Below, one piece after another: positions 41,527 through 51,127 of a DNA stretch of 64,000 bases (its first letter is position 1; each line of letters begins with the position of its first letter). The stretch comes from an uncultured Chloroflexia bacterium (lineage in GTDB: Bacteria; Chloroflexota; Limnocylindria; Limnocylindrales; CSP1-4), in the NCBI GenBank assembly GCA_963697275.1, contig CAVONF010000005.1, forward strand, positions 138,134-202,133. The letters are read 5' to 3'. The position numbers were made by a program, and so were the translations under genes. The notes beneath the pieces were generated by a model. That model was given only the letters and a program-made list of their open reading frames with translations, made no database searches and was not told the DNA's origin.

Positions 41527-42903
41527 ATGGACGCGAAACAGGTCTGGCGAGCCGCGCTCGGTGAGCTCCAGGTGTCGCTGTCCCCGGCCAACTACGAGAC
41601 GTGGCTCAAGGACACGCTGCTCATCGACGTCGACGGAGACCGCTTCTGCGTCGCGGCCCCCAATGGCTTCGCCAAGGACTGGCTGGAGAACCGCTATCGC
41701 TCGCTGATAGCCCAGACCCTCGCTCGCATCGTCGGCTACAGCGTCAATGTCGAGTTCACGGTGCGAGAGCTCGAGGAAATGGGGGCGGCCACAGCTGCTC
41801 CGATCGAGGCGGCCCGTCTGGGCAACCCGAGGGTGCGCGTGGAACCGGGGCGCGTCGGTGCGACCGAGGGCGGCGGCGTCAACCTCAACTCGCGCTACAC
41901 GTTCCGTACCTTCATCGTCGGCTCCGCCAACCGTCTGGCCCATGCGGCCAGCCTCTCGGTCGCCGAGCGCCCCGGGGAAGCCTACAACCCGCTCTTCCTC
42001 TACGGCGGCGTGGGCCTCGGCAAGACACACCTCATGCACGCCATCGGCAACGCTGTCGTGGCTCGCTTCCAGCGCAAGCGTGTCGTCTACGCCACCAGCG
42101 AGAAGTTCACCAACGACTTCATCACCAGCATCCAGCAGGGTCGCATCGACGACTTCCGGGCCCGCTACCGCAAGATCGACCTCCTGCTCATCGATGACAT
42201 CCAGTTCATCGCTGACAAGGAGCGCACCCAGGAAGAGTTCTTCCACACCTTCAACGCCATCCACGAGGACGGCAAGCAGATCGTCCTCTCCAGCGACCGG
42301 CCGCCCAAGCAGATCACCACGCTCGAGGAGCGCCTGCGCAGCCGCTTCGAGTGGGGCCTCATCGCCGACCTGACGGCGCCGGACCTGGAGACCCGCATCG
42401 CCATCCTGCGCACCAAGGCAGAGGAGCAGGGCGTGCGCGTGGACGCCGAGGCCCTCGAGTTCATCGCCCGCAAGGTGGTCTCCAACATCCGCGAGCTGGA
42501 GGGCGCCCTCAACCGCATCGTCGCCTACGCCAGCATGCAGGGCATGCCCATCAGCGTCGACCTGGCCCAGGCCGTGCTCTCCAACGTGCTCTACAGCCCG
42601 CGCAAGCGGGCGGTCACCCCAGAGCGCATCGCTGCCGCCGTGTCCGCGTACTACGACGTGGAGCTCGAGGCGCTACGTGGCCAGAAGCGTGACCGCGCCA
42701 TCGTGGTGCCCCGCCAGATCGCCATGTACCTGATGCGCGAGGAGACCGACGTTTCGCTGCTGCGGATCGGTGCCGAACTGGGTGGGCGCGATCACTCCAC
42801 GGTGCTGCATGCCTGTCGCAAGATCGACCAGGAGGCTGCGCGCAACGAGGAGTTGCGTCGCGAGCTGGCTGCGGTCCGCGAGGCCATCTACTCCGAGCCC
42901 TGA
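41527..42903 (+). CDS. dnaA: Chromosomal replication initiator DnaA
   Basis: MDAKQVWRAALGELQVSLSPANYETWL, the Walker A motif GGVGLGKTHLMHAIGN, the sensor blocks, and the domain IV signature RIGAELGGRDHSTVLHA. It is intact. The ORF is open from 41056, but conservation starts at 41527. Confidence 0.95.
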   Translation: MDAKQVWRAALGELQVSLSPANYETWLKDTLLIDVDGDRFCVAAPNGFAKDWLENRYRSLIAQTLARIVGYSVNVEFTVRELEEMGAATAAPIEAARLGNPRVRVEPGRVGATEGGGVNLNSRYTFRTFIVGSANRLAHAASLSVAERPGEAYNPLFLYGGVGLGKTHLMHAIGNAVVARFQRKRVVYATSEKFTNDFITSIQQGRIDDFRARYRKIDLLLIDDIQFIADKERTQEEFFHTFNAIHEDGKQIVLSSDRPPKQITTLEERLRSRFEWGLIADLTAPDLETRIAILRTKAEEQGVRVDAEALEFIARKVVSNIRELEGALNRIVAYASMQGMPISVDLAQAVLSNVLYSPRKRAVTPERIAAAVSAYYDVELEALRGQKRDRAIVVPRQIAMYLMREETDVSLLRIGAELGGRDHSTVLHACRKIDQEAARNEELRRELAAVREAIYSEP

Positions 42904-43244
42904 GCCGCCTCCCGGTCGACCTCTCGTGGTGAGCTGGCCGGACCTGCCCGCGTGTGGAGAGCGAGTGGACGAACCGCGGTGCCCTGCGCGGCCCAGGGAC
43001 GTGAGCTGGTGGGCCGGCCGGTGAACGGACGGGACGGTCGGTGGACGCCCGCCCCGTCCGTTCACGATCAGCGTCGCTTTGTCCACCGCCTGCTCACGCT
43101 GTGTCCGCGCCCTGCCAGCCCACACTCCGGTCGCGCCCACAGCGTGAGCAGGGGCGACCATCCACAGCATCAACACCATGAAGATGATGATGAGATGAGA
43201 AGATTACAGTCACTCAAGAACATCCCGAAGGAGGCCCGCCGCTC
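42904..43244. other. dnaA-dnaN spacer with DnaA-box-like 9-mers, a 13-bp inverted repeat and an AT-rich tract: candidate oriC
   Basis: The 9-mers are TGTGGAGAG 42953, AGTGGACGA 42964, GGTGGACGC 43040, TTGTCCACC 43079 (8/9) and CCATCCACA 43158. The inverted repeat is gtgaacggacggg/cccgtccgttcac at 43021-43065. The AT-rich run at 43167-43225 contains gaagatgatgatgagatgagaagat. Confidence 0.55.
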
Positions 43245-44366
43245 GTGAAGCTGTCCCTGATGCAGGAGAACCTGGCCCGGGGCCTGTCCCTCGTCAGTCG
43301 AGCCGTCAGTAGTCGAGCCACGCTGCCGGTGCTCTCCAACGTGCTGATCAAGACCCAGGACGGGGGCTTGCGGCTAACCGGCACCAATCTCGAGATCGGC
43401 ATCACGGCCTGGGTGCCCGGGAAGATCGAGGCTGATGGTGCTGTGACCGTGCCCGCCAGGCTCATCACCGATGTCGTCTCCGGCCTGCCCTCGGGCGAGC
43501 GCGTCGATCTCGAGATGGAGAAGGACAACACGCTGCTCATCCGGGCCGGCTCGTACCGCACGCATCTGCGTGGCATCGAGGCCGAGGAGTTTCCCGTCAT
43601 CCCCGGCGCCGGCGACCGACCGACCACGCAAGTCAGTCAGAAGGCACTGCGGCGAGCGCTGGCTGAGGTGACCTTCGCAGCGGCCGCTGACGAGGCACGC
43701 CCCATCCTGACCGGTGTGCTGACACGCCTCTCGGGGGAGACGCTCACCCTAGCCGCCGCCGACAACTACCGCATCGCGGTCAAGACACTCGACCTGCTGC
43801 AGTCGGTCGAGGAGATCAGCGTGGTCATCCCGGCTCGTTCCTACGTCGAGCTCATGCGCATCCTCGGAGACACCGATGAGCCGGCTGACATCATCCTTGC
43901 CCAGGCCAAGAGCCAGGTCATCTTCAGGGTCGATACCACGGAGGTCGTGAGCCGCCTCATCGATGGCCAGTTCCCCAACTACCAGTCGGTGCTGCCCACC
44001 TCCCACAGCACGCGTGCGCTGGTCGATCGCGACGAGCTGCTCAAGGCCGTGCGGCTGTCGGCGCTCATCGCCTCTTCGGCCGCCAACGTCGTGCGCCTCG
44101 GGTTCGGCGAGGAAGACCACCCGGCCTCCATCAGCGTCGCCGCGGCTGCCGACATCGGGGATGCCGAGGGCCAGGTCGAGGTGCAGCTCGAGGGCGATCC
44201 GGTGACCATCGCCTTCAACGCCCGCTACATGGTCGAGGCGCTGCAGAACATGGAGGCCGAGCAGCTCGCCATCGAGCTCAGTGGACCACTGGCTCCGGGG
44301 GTGCTCAAGCCGGTGGACGACCCCGCCTATGTCCATGTCATCATGCCGGTGCGAACGCCATCCTGA
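43245..44366 (+). CDS. dnaN: DNA polymerase III beta sliding clamp
   Basis: An intact 373-aa ORF with a GTG start after GAAGGAGG. It contains LPVLSNVLIKT, RLIDGQFPNYQSVLP and a C-terminal MPVR. Confidence 0.95.
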   Translation: MKLSLMQENLARGLSLVSRAVSSRATLPVLSNVLIKTQDGGLRLTGTNLEIGITAWVPGKIEADGAVTVPARLITDVVSGLPSGERVDLEMEKDNTLLIRAGSYRTHLRGIEAEEFPVIPGAGDRPTTQVSQKALRRALAEVTFAAAADEARPILTGVLTRLSGETLTLAAADNYRIAVKTLDLLQSVEEISVVIPARSYVELMRILGDTDEPADIILAQAKSQVIFRVDTTEVVSRLIDGQFPNYQSVLPTSHSTRALVDRDELLKAVRLSALIASSAANVVRLGFGEEDHPASISVAAAADIGDAEGQVEVQLEGDPVTIAFNARYMVEALQNMEAEQLAIELSGPLAPGVLKPVDDPAYVHVIMPVRTPS

Positions 44367-44430
44367 TTCGCCACGCAGTCGGGACAGTCAGCGCCATCCT
44401 CACAGTGGCCGGTGCGGGCCGCCAGCAGCG

Positions 44431-45574
44431 ATGCCTGTCCAGACGCTCTCACTGAGCGGGTTTCGCAGCTACGACCAGCTCGAGCTGCGCCTCGGTCCGG
44501 GGCCACATGTCGTGGTGGGGCCGCAATGCCGCCGGCAAGACCAACCTCATCGAGGCGCTCTCTGTGCTCTCGTCGGCCCGCTCCCACCGCGGCAGCGCCG
44601 ACGCCGAGATGGTGCGCTGGGGCAGCCGGTTCGCGCGAGCGGCGGCACGCGTGGAGGCTGACGGACGGATCGAGGAAGTGGAGGTCGTCATCCACGCCCG
44701 GCACTCCAGCCCAGCGCCAGCTGGCGGGGCCACGGCCCGCAAGCGCATCCGCATCAACGGTGTCAACCGTCGAGCCAGTTCCCTGTGCGCGATCATGCGC
44801 ACCGTGCTCTTCGCTCCCGAGGACATGCTCCTCGTGGTGGGGTCTCCCTCGCTACGTCGGAATCTCCTCGACGTTCTCGTTGCCCAGCGTGAGGTCACCG
44901 CCAGCGCGGTGATGTCCACCTATGCACGAGCGCTGACACAGCGCAACTCGCTGTTGCGGCGGATCCGCGAGGACGCTGCCGACCGGGACGAGCTGAGCTA
45001 CTGGGACGACGTCATCTGTGACAGCGGCGGCCGCATCCTCGACTGGCGCAGACAGACCCTCGAGGCGCTGGCACGCCCGCTGGCCATGGCGCACCAGGAG
45101 ATCGCACCGCGCGAGCCGACGCTGACCCTGCGCTACGCTCTCCAACGTGGCGCCGGGAGCGGCGGAGAGCCATGCTGCCGCGCTGGACGGCGTCTGCGTG
45201 AGACCGCCGAGAAGGAGATCTGGAACGGCGCGACACTGGTCGGGCCGCATCGGGACGATCTCGTCTTCGAATCAGGTGGCCGCGAGCTGGTGCTCTTCGC
45301 GTCGCGTGGGCAACAACGCACCGCCATCCTGGCGCTGAAACTGGCTGAGCTCGACCTGCTCACCGAGCTCGACGCCCGCCCGCCATTGCTGCTGCTCGAC
45401 GATGTCTTCAGCGAGCTGGACCCGGAGCGGCGCGCCCACCTGGTGCGTCGCATCGGGTCCTTGCCGCAGGCGATCGTGACCACCACCACGGCAGAGGACC
45501 TCGACCCGGCGCTGATCGCGGCCTCGAGCGTCTGGATGGTGCAGCCTGGGTCGGTCCACCCCGTGGCGCGCTGA
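44431..45574 (+). CDS. recF: DNA replication/repair protein RecF (frameshift near 44520)
   Basis: MPVQTLSLSGFRSYDQLEL, the Walker A motif G(P)NAAGKTNLIEAL, the signature FASRGQQRTAILALKLAE and the Walker B LLLLDDVFSELD. Confidence 0.9.
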
Positions 45575-45605
45575 ACACACCCACCGACAGGAGCAGCATC
45601 AGGCC

Positions 45606-45954
45606 ATGACCAACCCGCGCCGCCGGCCCCTCTATCGGATCGGCGATCTGCTGCCCGGCCTGGCCTCGCGCCTGGGACTCGACGAAGAGCTGCGGGCAGC
45701 GCGCGCGATGTCGTCCTGGCAGCGCGTCGTGGCGCGAACAGGCACCGGCTGCCACGGGCGCCTCGCACCTCATCGAGATCCGCCCCCCAGCGCTCGTCGT
45801 CTCCGCCGCCGACGCCGCCACCGGCCAGGAGTTGCGCCTCCACTCCAGCCAGCTACTGGATGCCTTCGCTGGTGCACCCGGGGGCACGCGCCTGCTGGAG
45901 CTCAAGGTCGTGGTTCGACGGCACACGCAGGGGCCTTCGAGGAACCCGCTGTAG
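45606..45954 (+). CDS. DUF721 (DciA-like/RNA-binding) protein typically found after recF (frameshift near 45730)
   Basis: The N-terminus is RIGDLLPGLASRLGLDEELRAARAMSSWQRVV. It continues in another frame with SHLIEIRPPALVVSAADAATGQELRLHSSQLLDAF...LELKVVVRR. The position is conserved. Confidence 0.65.
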
Positions 45955-45966
45955 ACTAGGCCGCCC

Positions 45967-48090
45967 ATGGTCACCCGACTCGAGATCACGCACGGCCTGA
46001 TCGCCGAGCGGGACCGGTTATCGACGTCTGGCGACACGGTCAGCGTCACCCGTCCCACGACCGGCTCGAAGACGCGCACCAAGGGCGTGCTCTTCATCGT
46101 CGCCACGTCGGTCATCTCGGGCCCCCGCGGCCGGGAGGCCACCGCGCTCGTCGCCGAGACCATCCGACACGAGTACTACTACGACGAATCGGCTGGCGTA
46201 CCGATCTGCCTCGAGAAGGCCGTCAGGAGCGCCGACCGGCGTCTGCGCGCCAGCCGTGAGGGCGCCGGGCTCCCAGCCGGGTCCATCGGCGTCGCCGTCG
46301 CCGTCATCCGCACCAACGAGGTCTATCTCGCCACCGTCGGTTCCGCGGAGGCGTATCTCGTCCGCTCCGCGCGGCTGCTCATCCCTGATCGGAGCACGCC
46401 CGGCGGCCTGCCCTCGGACGACGGCCGGCCCATCGACGTCTGGCGCGGCGAGCTCAGCGTCGGTGACGCGGTCCTCCTGGTGGCCCGCAACATGACCGAG
46501 ACCGTCGGCACCGAGGAGCTCAAGAGCGCAGCGCTGACGCTCCATCCCCAGGCCGCGGCGGAGCACCTCCACCACCTCTTCGTCGCGGCTGGCGGCGAGG
46601 GCCCGGATGGCCTCATCGTCGTCGAGGCCAGCGAGCAGACCACCCGGATGCCGCGACGCGCTGCGGCCACCGGGGTGGCGGATGCCTACGGGGATTCGCC
46701 CGGCCCCGTGCCCCCGCCCGGAGCGGCGCTCGTCGGTGCTCGTGGCCCGCTGGGCTGGTCGCTCAACGGCCTGGCTGACCAGATCTGGGAGGTCATGCCT
46801 CGCCGACAGGCCCGCGCGCAGCGGGTGAGCTCGCGGACGTCCCGTGCCGAGACACAGCGCCGGGCGGCGATGGGCGCGATGGCCCTGGTGGTGGTCGTGT
46901 TCCTGCTGGGACTCTTCGTCGTCCTCGCGCCACGCGGAGGCGATGCCACGCGGGTGCCCCAGGTGGCGAGCGGCGATTCTGCGCTCGCGGCGGCGCTCGA
47001 CCGCACTGACCGTGCCGACAATCTCGTCGCGACCGAGCCCGACGCCGCGCTCGACTTCTATCGGGAGGCCTGGGCGGAGGTCGTCCGCGCCCGCAACACC
47101 GGCCTCTCGGCGCCCGCGCTCGATGACCTGGAGCGCCGCGTCCGCAGCGGGCTCGATCGGCTCTACCTGGCGCGCACGCCGGTCACGGAGCGCATCACCA
47201 GCCTGCCTCGCCAGGCCGACCCGCTGGGCCTGGTCGAAGGCCCCCGAGGTGGGGCCTACTACATCGATCGCGCCGACTCCACCGTCAGCCGCGTCAACAC
47301 CAGCAATGGCAAGAGCGCCACGATCGTCCACGAGGGTGACACTCCCGCCGCTGGCGGCTCTTCGAGGATCGGTGTCCCCGTCCAGCTCGAGGCAGGCGGC
47401 CCCGACGTCGTGATCGTCGATGACCAGGCGCGTCCCTGGCGCTGGCGGCCCTCGAACTCGGCCGGGTCGGGCACGCTCAACCGGCTCACCCTCCAGGGCA
47501 GCCCCACGTTCGGTGAGGACCATGGCGACGTGGCCGCCTACTCGCCCTCTACGGGCGGCTACCGGCTCTACGTGGCCGAGCCCTCGCGCAACCAGATCAT
47601 GCGCTATCAGCAGACACTCGACGGCAGTGCCTTCTCGCCACCATCGACCTACCTGGCCACACCCAGCTCCGAGGTCGCCGACTTCACCCAGATCTACGTC
47701 GACTTCGACGTCTACGCGCTGCTCGACAACACGCTGCGGCGCTACCGTCTCGAGAAGTATGACGGCGGCTTCGCACTCGACGAGCCACCCGATGGTGAGG
47801 ATGTGCGGCCCGGGCACGACTATCGACTGGTGGCTGGCAGCGGCAGCGCCTCGAGTGGCGGCCGTGTCTACCTCTACGATGCGCTCCACGCCCGGGTGGT
47901 CGGCTTCGAGAAGGCTGAGGGAACCTACCTCGGCCAGTGGGCGCCGGCGCCTGACGAGCCGCAGATGGACGACGTGCGGGGCATGTACGTGATCCCCGGC
48001 AAGACCGCCAAGAAGAAGCGCAACCCTGACACCCTGGTGTGGATCACCCCGGAGGGCATCTTCTCATCGGTCCTGGCTACGTCCGAATGA
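45967..48090 (+). CDS. Membrane protein: N-terminal degenerate PP2C-like domain, one TM, large extracytoplasmic repeat (beta-propeller-like) domain
   Basis: An intact 707-aa ORF. PP2C-like blocks are present (GVLFIVATSV..., IGVAVAVIRTNEVYLATVGSAEAYLV, GDAVLLVARNMTE), but the DGHGG, SDG and DN metal-ligand motifs are missing. The TM segment is AMGAMALVVVVFLLGLFVVLAP. The C-terminal 380 aa are rich in strand-like repeats. Confidence 0.5.
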   Translation: MVTRLEITHGLIAERDRLSTSGDTVSVTRPTTGSKTRTKGVLFIVATSVISGPRGREATALVAETIRHEYYYDESAGVPICLEKAVRSADRRLRASREGAGLPAGSIGVAVAVIRTNEVYLATVGSAEAYLVRSARLLIPDRSTPGGLPSDDGRPIDVWRGELSVGDAVLLVARNMTETVGTEELKSAALTLHPQAAAEHLHHLFVAAGGEGPDGLIVVEASEQTTRMPRRAAATGVADAYGDSPGPVPPPGAALVGARGPLGWSLNGLADQIWEVMPRRQARAQRVSSRTSRAETQRRAAMGAMALVVVVFLLGLFVVLAPRGGDATRVPQVASGDSALAAALDRTDRADNLVATEPDAALDFYREAWAEVVRARNTGLSAPALDDLERRVRSGLDRLYLARTPVTERITSLPRQADPLGLVEGPRGGAYYIDRADSTVSRVNTSNGKSATIVHEGDTPAAGGSSRIGVPVQLEAGGPDVVIVDDQARPWRWRPSNSAGSGTLNRLTLQGSPTFGEDHGDVAAYSPSTGGYRLYVAEPSRNQIMRYQQTLDGSAFSPPSTYLATPSSEVADFTQIYVDFDVYALLDNTLRRYRLEKYDGGFALDEPPDGEDVRPGHDYRLVAGSGSASSGGRVYLYDALHARVVGFEKAEGTYLGQWAPAPDEPQMDDVRGMYVIPGKTAKKKRNPDTLVWITPEGIFSSVLATSE

Positions 48091-48126
48091 GCCCGCCGGG
48101 GATGGCAGGCCGGTAGAATCGACGCC

Positions 48127-48726
48127 ATGCCTCAGGGACTTCGCGAGATGTTCGTGGAGAGCGTCCGCGTGCACATGCTCTCCTCCCAGCACGTGGTCAT
48201 CCTGCGCGAGGCCGACCAGGAGCGCTACCTGCCCATCTGGATCGGCAGCTGGGAGGCGCAGTCGATCGCCATGAAGCTGCAGGGCATCGAAGCCGAGCGG
48301 CCCCTCACGCATGACCTGCTGGTGAGCATCCTCGAGGAGCTCGGTGCCAGCGTGCGCCGCATCGTCGTCTCCGACCTTGCCGACGAGACCTACCGAGCCC
48401 GGATCGTCCTCGCCTCGAGCGGGGATGACTACGAGATCGACGCGCGCCCCAGCGACGCCATCGCGCTGGCGATCCGGGTCTCGGCCCCCATCTTCGCGAC
48501 CGAAGCCGTGCTCGATCGCGCCAGCGTCATCCCCGAGGCTGACGAGGAGGAGCGCCTGAGTGTGTTCCGGGACTTCGTCAACTCCCTGGAGACCGACCCT
48601 GGTCCCCCGGGTGGAGAGGGTGGGACCGATCGGGGTCCGACGTTCCAGCCACCTGATGAGCGACCGCTCGATGACCGGCTGCCCGACGACCGACCGCGGC
48701 CGGACGACGAGGACACCAAGGGTTAG
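48127..48726 (+). CDS. Bifunctional nuclease (DUF151/BFN) family protein with an acidic Pro-rich tail
   Basis: An intact 199-aa ORF: VVILREADQERYLPIWIGSWEAQSIAMKLQG...RPLTHDLL...IDARPSDAIALAIRVSAPIF. Confidence 0.75.
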   Translation: MPQGLREMFVESVRVHMLSSQHVVILREADQERYLPIWIGSWEAQSIAMKLQGIEAERPLTHDLLVSILEELGASVRRIVVSDLADETYRARIVLASSGDDYEIDARPSDAIALAIRVSAPIFATEAVLDRASVIPEADEEERLSVFRDFVNSLETDPGPPGGEGGTDRGPTFQPPDERPLDDRLPDDRPRPDDEDTKG

Positions 48727-49543
48727 GCCTGCTCACCGCCCCCGTCGCTGATGATGGTGACGCCGCGCCGCAGCGCCGCGTCCGGGTTCGTCCAGAGGCG
48801 CAACCGCAGCGCCCAGAAGTCACGCACGGCACGCAGCACGACCCGGGGATCGGCGCCCGAGGCCCGGCCGGCGGTGCGCGGATAGTGCGGCACGCCCTGC
48901 TCCACGATGACGCCGCCGCGCCGGCCGATCTTGATGAGCAGCTCTGCGGACAGGAAGGCACCACCCGACTCGACCCGCACGCCCTCGAGAGCGCGGCGGC
49001 GGAAGAGCTTGCAGGCGCAATCGGGGTCGCGCACGGTCAGCCCGAAGAAGAGCCGCAGGCAGGCTCGGTAGATGCGGGCGTAGGCGAGGCGGATGGGCGG
49101 ATCGGCGCGACGGATGCGGTAGCCAGCGACCACGTCGGCCGCCACGTCGCTGGCCGCGGATCATCCAGCCGTGACAGCAGCGCTGCGAGGTCCGCGATGC
49201 GGAACTGGCGGTCACCGTCGGTGAAACAGATGAGCGGGTAGCGTGCCGCGCCCAGCCCCGAGCGCACCGCCGAGCCGTAGCCGAGGTTGCCAGCGTGATG
49301 GACGACTCGCACCACGTCGGGTGCTCGGCCGCCAGGCGATCGGCGATCTGCGGCCGTGCCATCGGTGCTGCCGTCGTCGACGCAGATGATCTCGAAACGC
49401 TCCGCCAGCCGGGCCAGCTCCAGCAGCGCCTCCGCCACCAGCGCCTCGATGTTCTCAGCCTCATCGTGGGCAGGGAAGAAGTAGCTCAGCGCAGCGACAC
49501 GCGTCTGCTCGCGCTCGGGCGGGGTGGTCATCGGTTCCGGCAC
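48723..49543 (-). CDS. GT2 glycosyltransferase, polyprenol-phosphate mannose/glucose synthase-like (2-3 frameshifts)
   Basis: It contains SYFFPAHDEAENIEAL, VDDGSTDGT, NLGYGSAVRSG and FTDGDRQF (the DxD motif). The C-terminal half is VVAGYRIRRADPPIRL...ACKLFRR in ORF 48723..49145. Confidence 0.75.
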
Positions 49544-49567
49544 ACCCCCATCCTATGCGGGCCAGCG

Positions 49568-51127
49568 CTATCGTTCCTCCCGTTGCCCCACGACCCGGTA
49601 GAGGTCACCCGGGCTGGGGACCGACGCCACGCGCTCCAGGAGATACCGTGCCGACAGGGGCGCGAGGTCCCGCTCGAGGCGGATGACATAGACGGGGCGC
49701 TCGCCGATGAGCTGGTCGATGGCGCGCTCGACGCTACCGAAGCCGTCATCAAGCACATCACGGTCATCGATGATGACGATGTCGTCACGCCGGCCCTCGA
49801 CCCAGCGCCCGTACCACAGCGGCGTGGAGAACGACCACCATGAGACGATCGCGGCCCGCGGCTCCAGGGCCCCAAGCGTCGCCTCCAGCCAGTCGCGCCC
49901 AAACGTCTCGTCCGAGGCATCGGCGCGGTCGTAACGACCCGGCACGCCCGCCAGCGGGCTCGCGATCAGGACCATCACCAGCAGGCCGACCGTCGCGGCG
50001 TAGGCGATGCGCGTGTGCCCCGGCGGCGATGGCCGGCCCGCCGGCAGCTCCATGGCGTCGGCGCCCCAGGCTGCGCGCAGCGCCTCCCAGATAGCGTCGG
50101 CGGCGAGGGCGATCCAGAGCGTGGCCACGAGCAGCGGCACCAGGTAGTAGCGCTCGATCGAGGCGTTCGCGTAGCCGAGTGCGAAGAGCCACGTGCCCAC
50201 GAACCACAGCGCCGTGAGCGCCAGCAGGCGAGGGTGGCGAAGCGCCCCCAGCGCCGCTCCGGCAGGCACGAGGATGGCCATGAGCCCGAGGTTGCGCACG
50301 ATCTCATCCCAGGCGTTCGCCAGGACATCCGAGAGCGGGGGCAAACCCCCGAAGGAGCCCTGGAACTGCTGGCCCAGGGCCACATACCAGAAGCGCCCCC
50401 ACGTCTCCGGGTCGGCGTAGTCGAGCGGCGGATCCATGGCCGACCGCAGCGGCAGATAGGCATACACGAGCGCCGCCGTCAGCGCCGCTGCTGCCAGGCA
50501 GCCCAGTACCAGGCGCCAGCGTGTCCACAGGATGTGCGGCGCCACGAGCAGCACGTAGACGACGATGCCGGGTGCCAGGAGCAGGGTCAGGGCGTGGTTC
50601 CCGAGCGAGAGGCCGAAGATGACAGCGACGGCCACCAGCCAGCGTCCCGACGTCGCGCTGTCGCCCTGCTGGCGCTGCTGCCAGGCTGCCAGCAGCACCA
50701 GTATCAGGGCGGCCAGGAAGACGTGCAGGGCGTGGGCATCGGCGCGCGTGGACAGGCGCCAGGCGACCGGCGTGACGGCGAAGGTCAGGCCGGCCACCAC
50801 TCCGAGCGGCCAACGCCTGGTCGCCTGCACGACCCGCACCGCGAGCAGGCTGGCCGCCCCGGCCACGAGCAGGGCCGAGAGCAGGTTGGCCCGATAGGCC
50901 TCGTTGCCGAACGGCTGCAGCACGACCGAGGCCAGCCAGGCCAGCAGGGTGTAGGTGGGGTAGCCGGTCGGATGGGCGATGCCCAGCACCGGGCCGATGG
51001 CCTGGAACTCCGCGGTGTCCCAGGTACCCACGTCGGGCAGCAGCGTCGGCACATAGAGGACCAGGGCCAGCATCATCACCATGCCGCCGGCCAGCCCCGC
51101 ACCGACGCGCACCCGTGGGCCTACCAC
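49568..51127 (-). CDS. DUF2723 (TMEM260-like) GT-C fold membrane glycosyltransferase
   Basis: An intact 519-aa ORF. The N-terminus YVPTLLPDVGTWDTAEFQAIGPVLGIAHPTGYPTYTLLAW is characteristic of DUF2723. It has about 9-10 TM segments and a soluble C-terminal domain. Confidence 0.7.
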   Translation of the reverse strand: MVGPRVRVGAGLAGGMVMMLALVLYVPTLLPDVGTWDTAEFQAIGPVLGIAHPTGYPTYTLLAWLASVVLQPFGNEAYRANLLSALLVAGAASLLAVRVVQATRRWPLGVVAGLTFAVTPVAWRLSTRADAHALHVFLAALILVLLAAWQQRQQGDSATSGRWLVAVAVIFGLSLGNHALTLLLAPGIVVYVLLVAPHILWTRWRLVLGCLAAAALTAALVYAYLPLRSAMDPPLDYADPETWGRFWYVALGQQFQGSFGGLPPLSDVLANAWDEIVRNLGLMAILVPAGAALGALRHPRLLALTALWFVGTWLFALGYANASIERYYLVPLLVATLWIALAADAIWEALRAAWGADAMELPAGRPSPPGHTRIAYAATVGLLVMVLIASPLAGVPGRYDRADASDETFGRDWLEATLGALEPRAAIVSWWSFSTPLWYGRWVEGRRDDIVIIDDRDVLDDGFGSVERAIDQLIGERPVYVIRLERDLAPLSARYLLERVASVPSPGDLYRVVGQREER

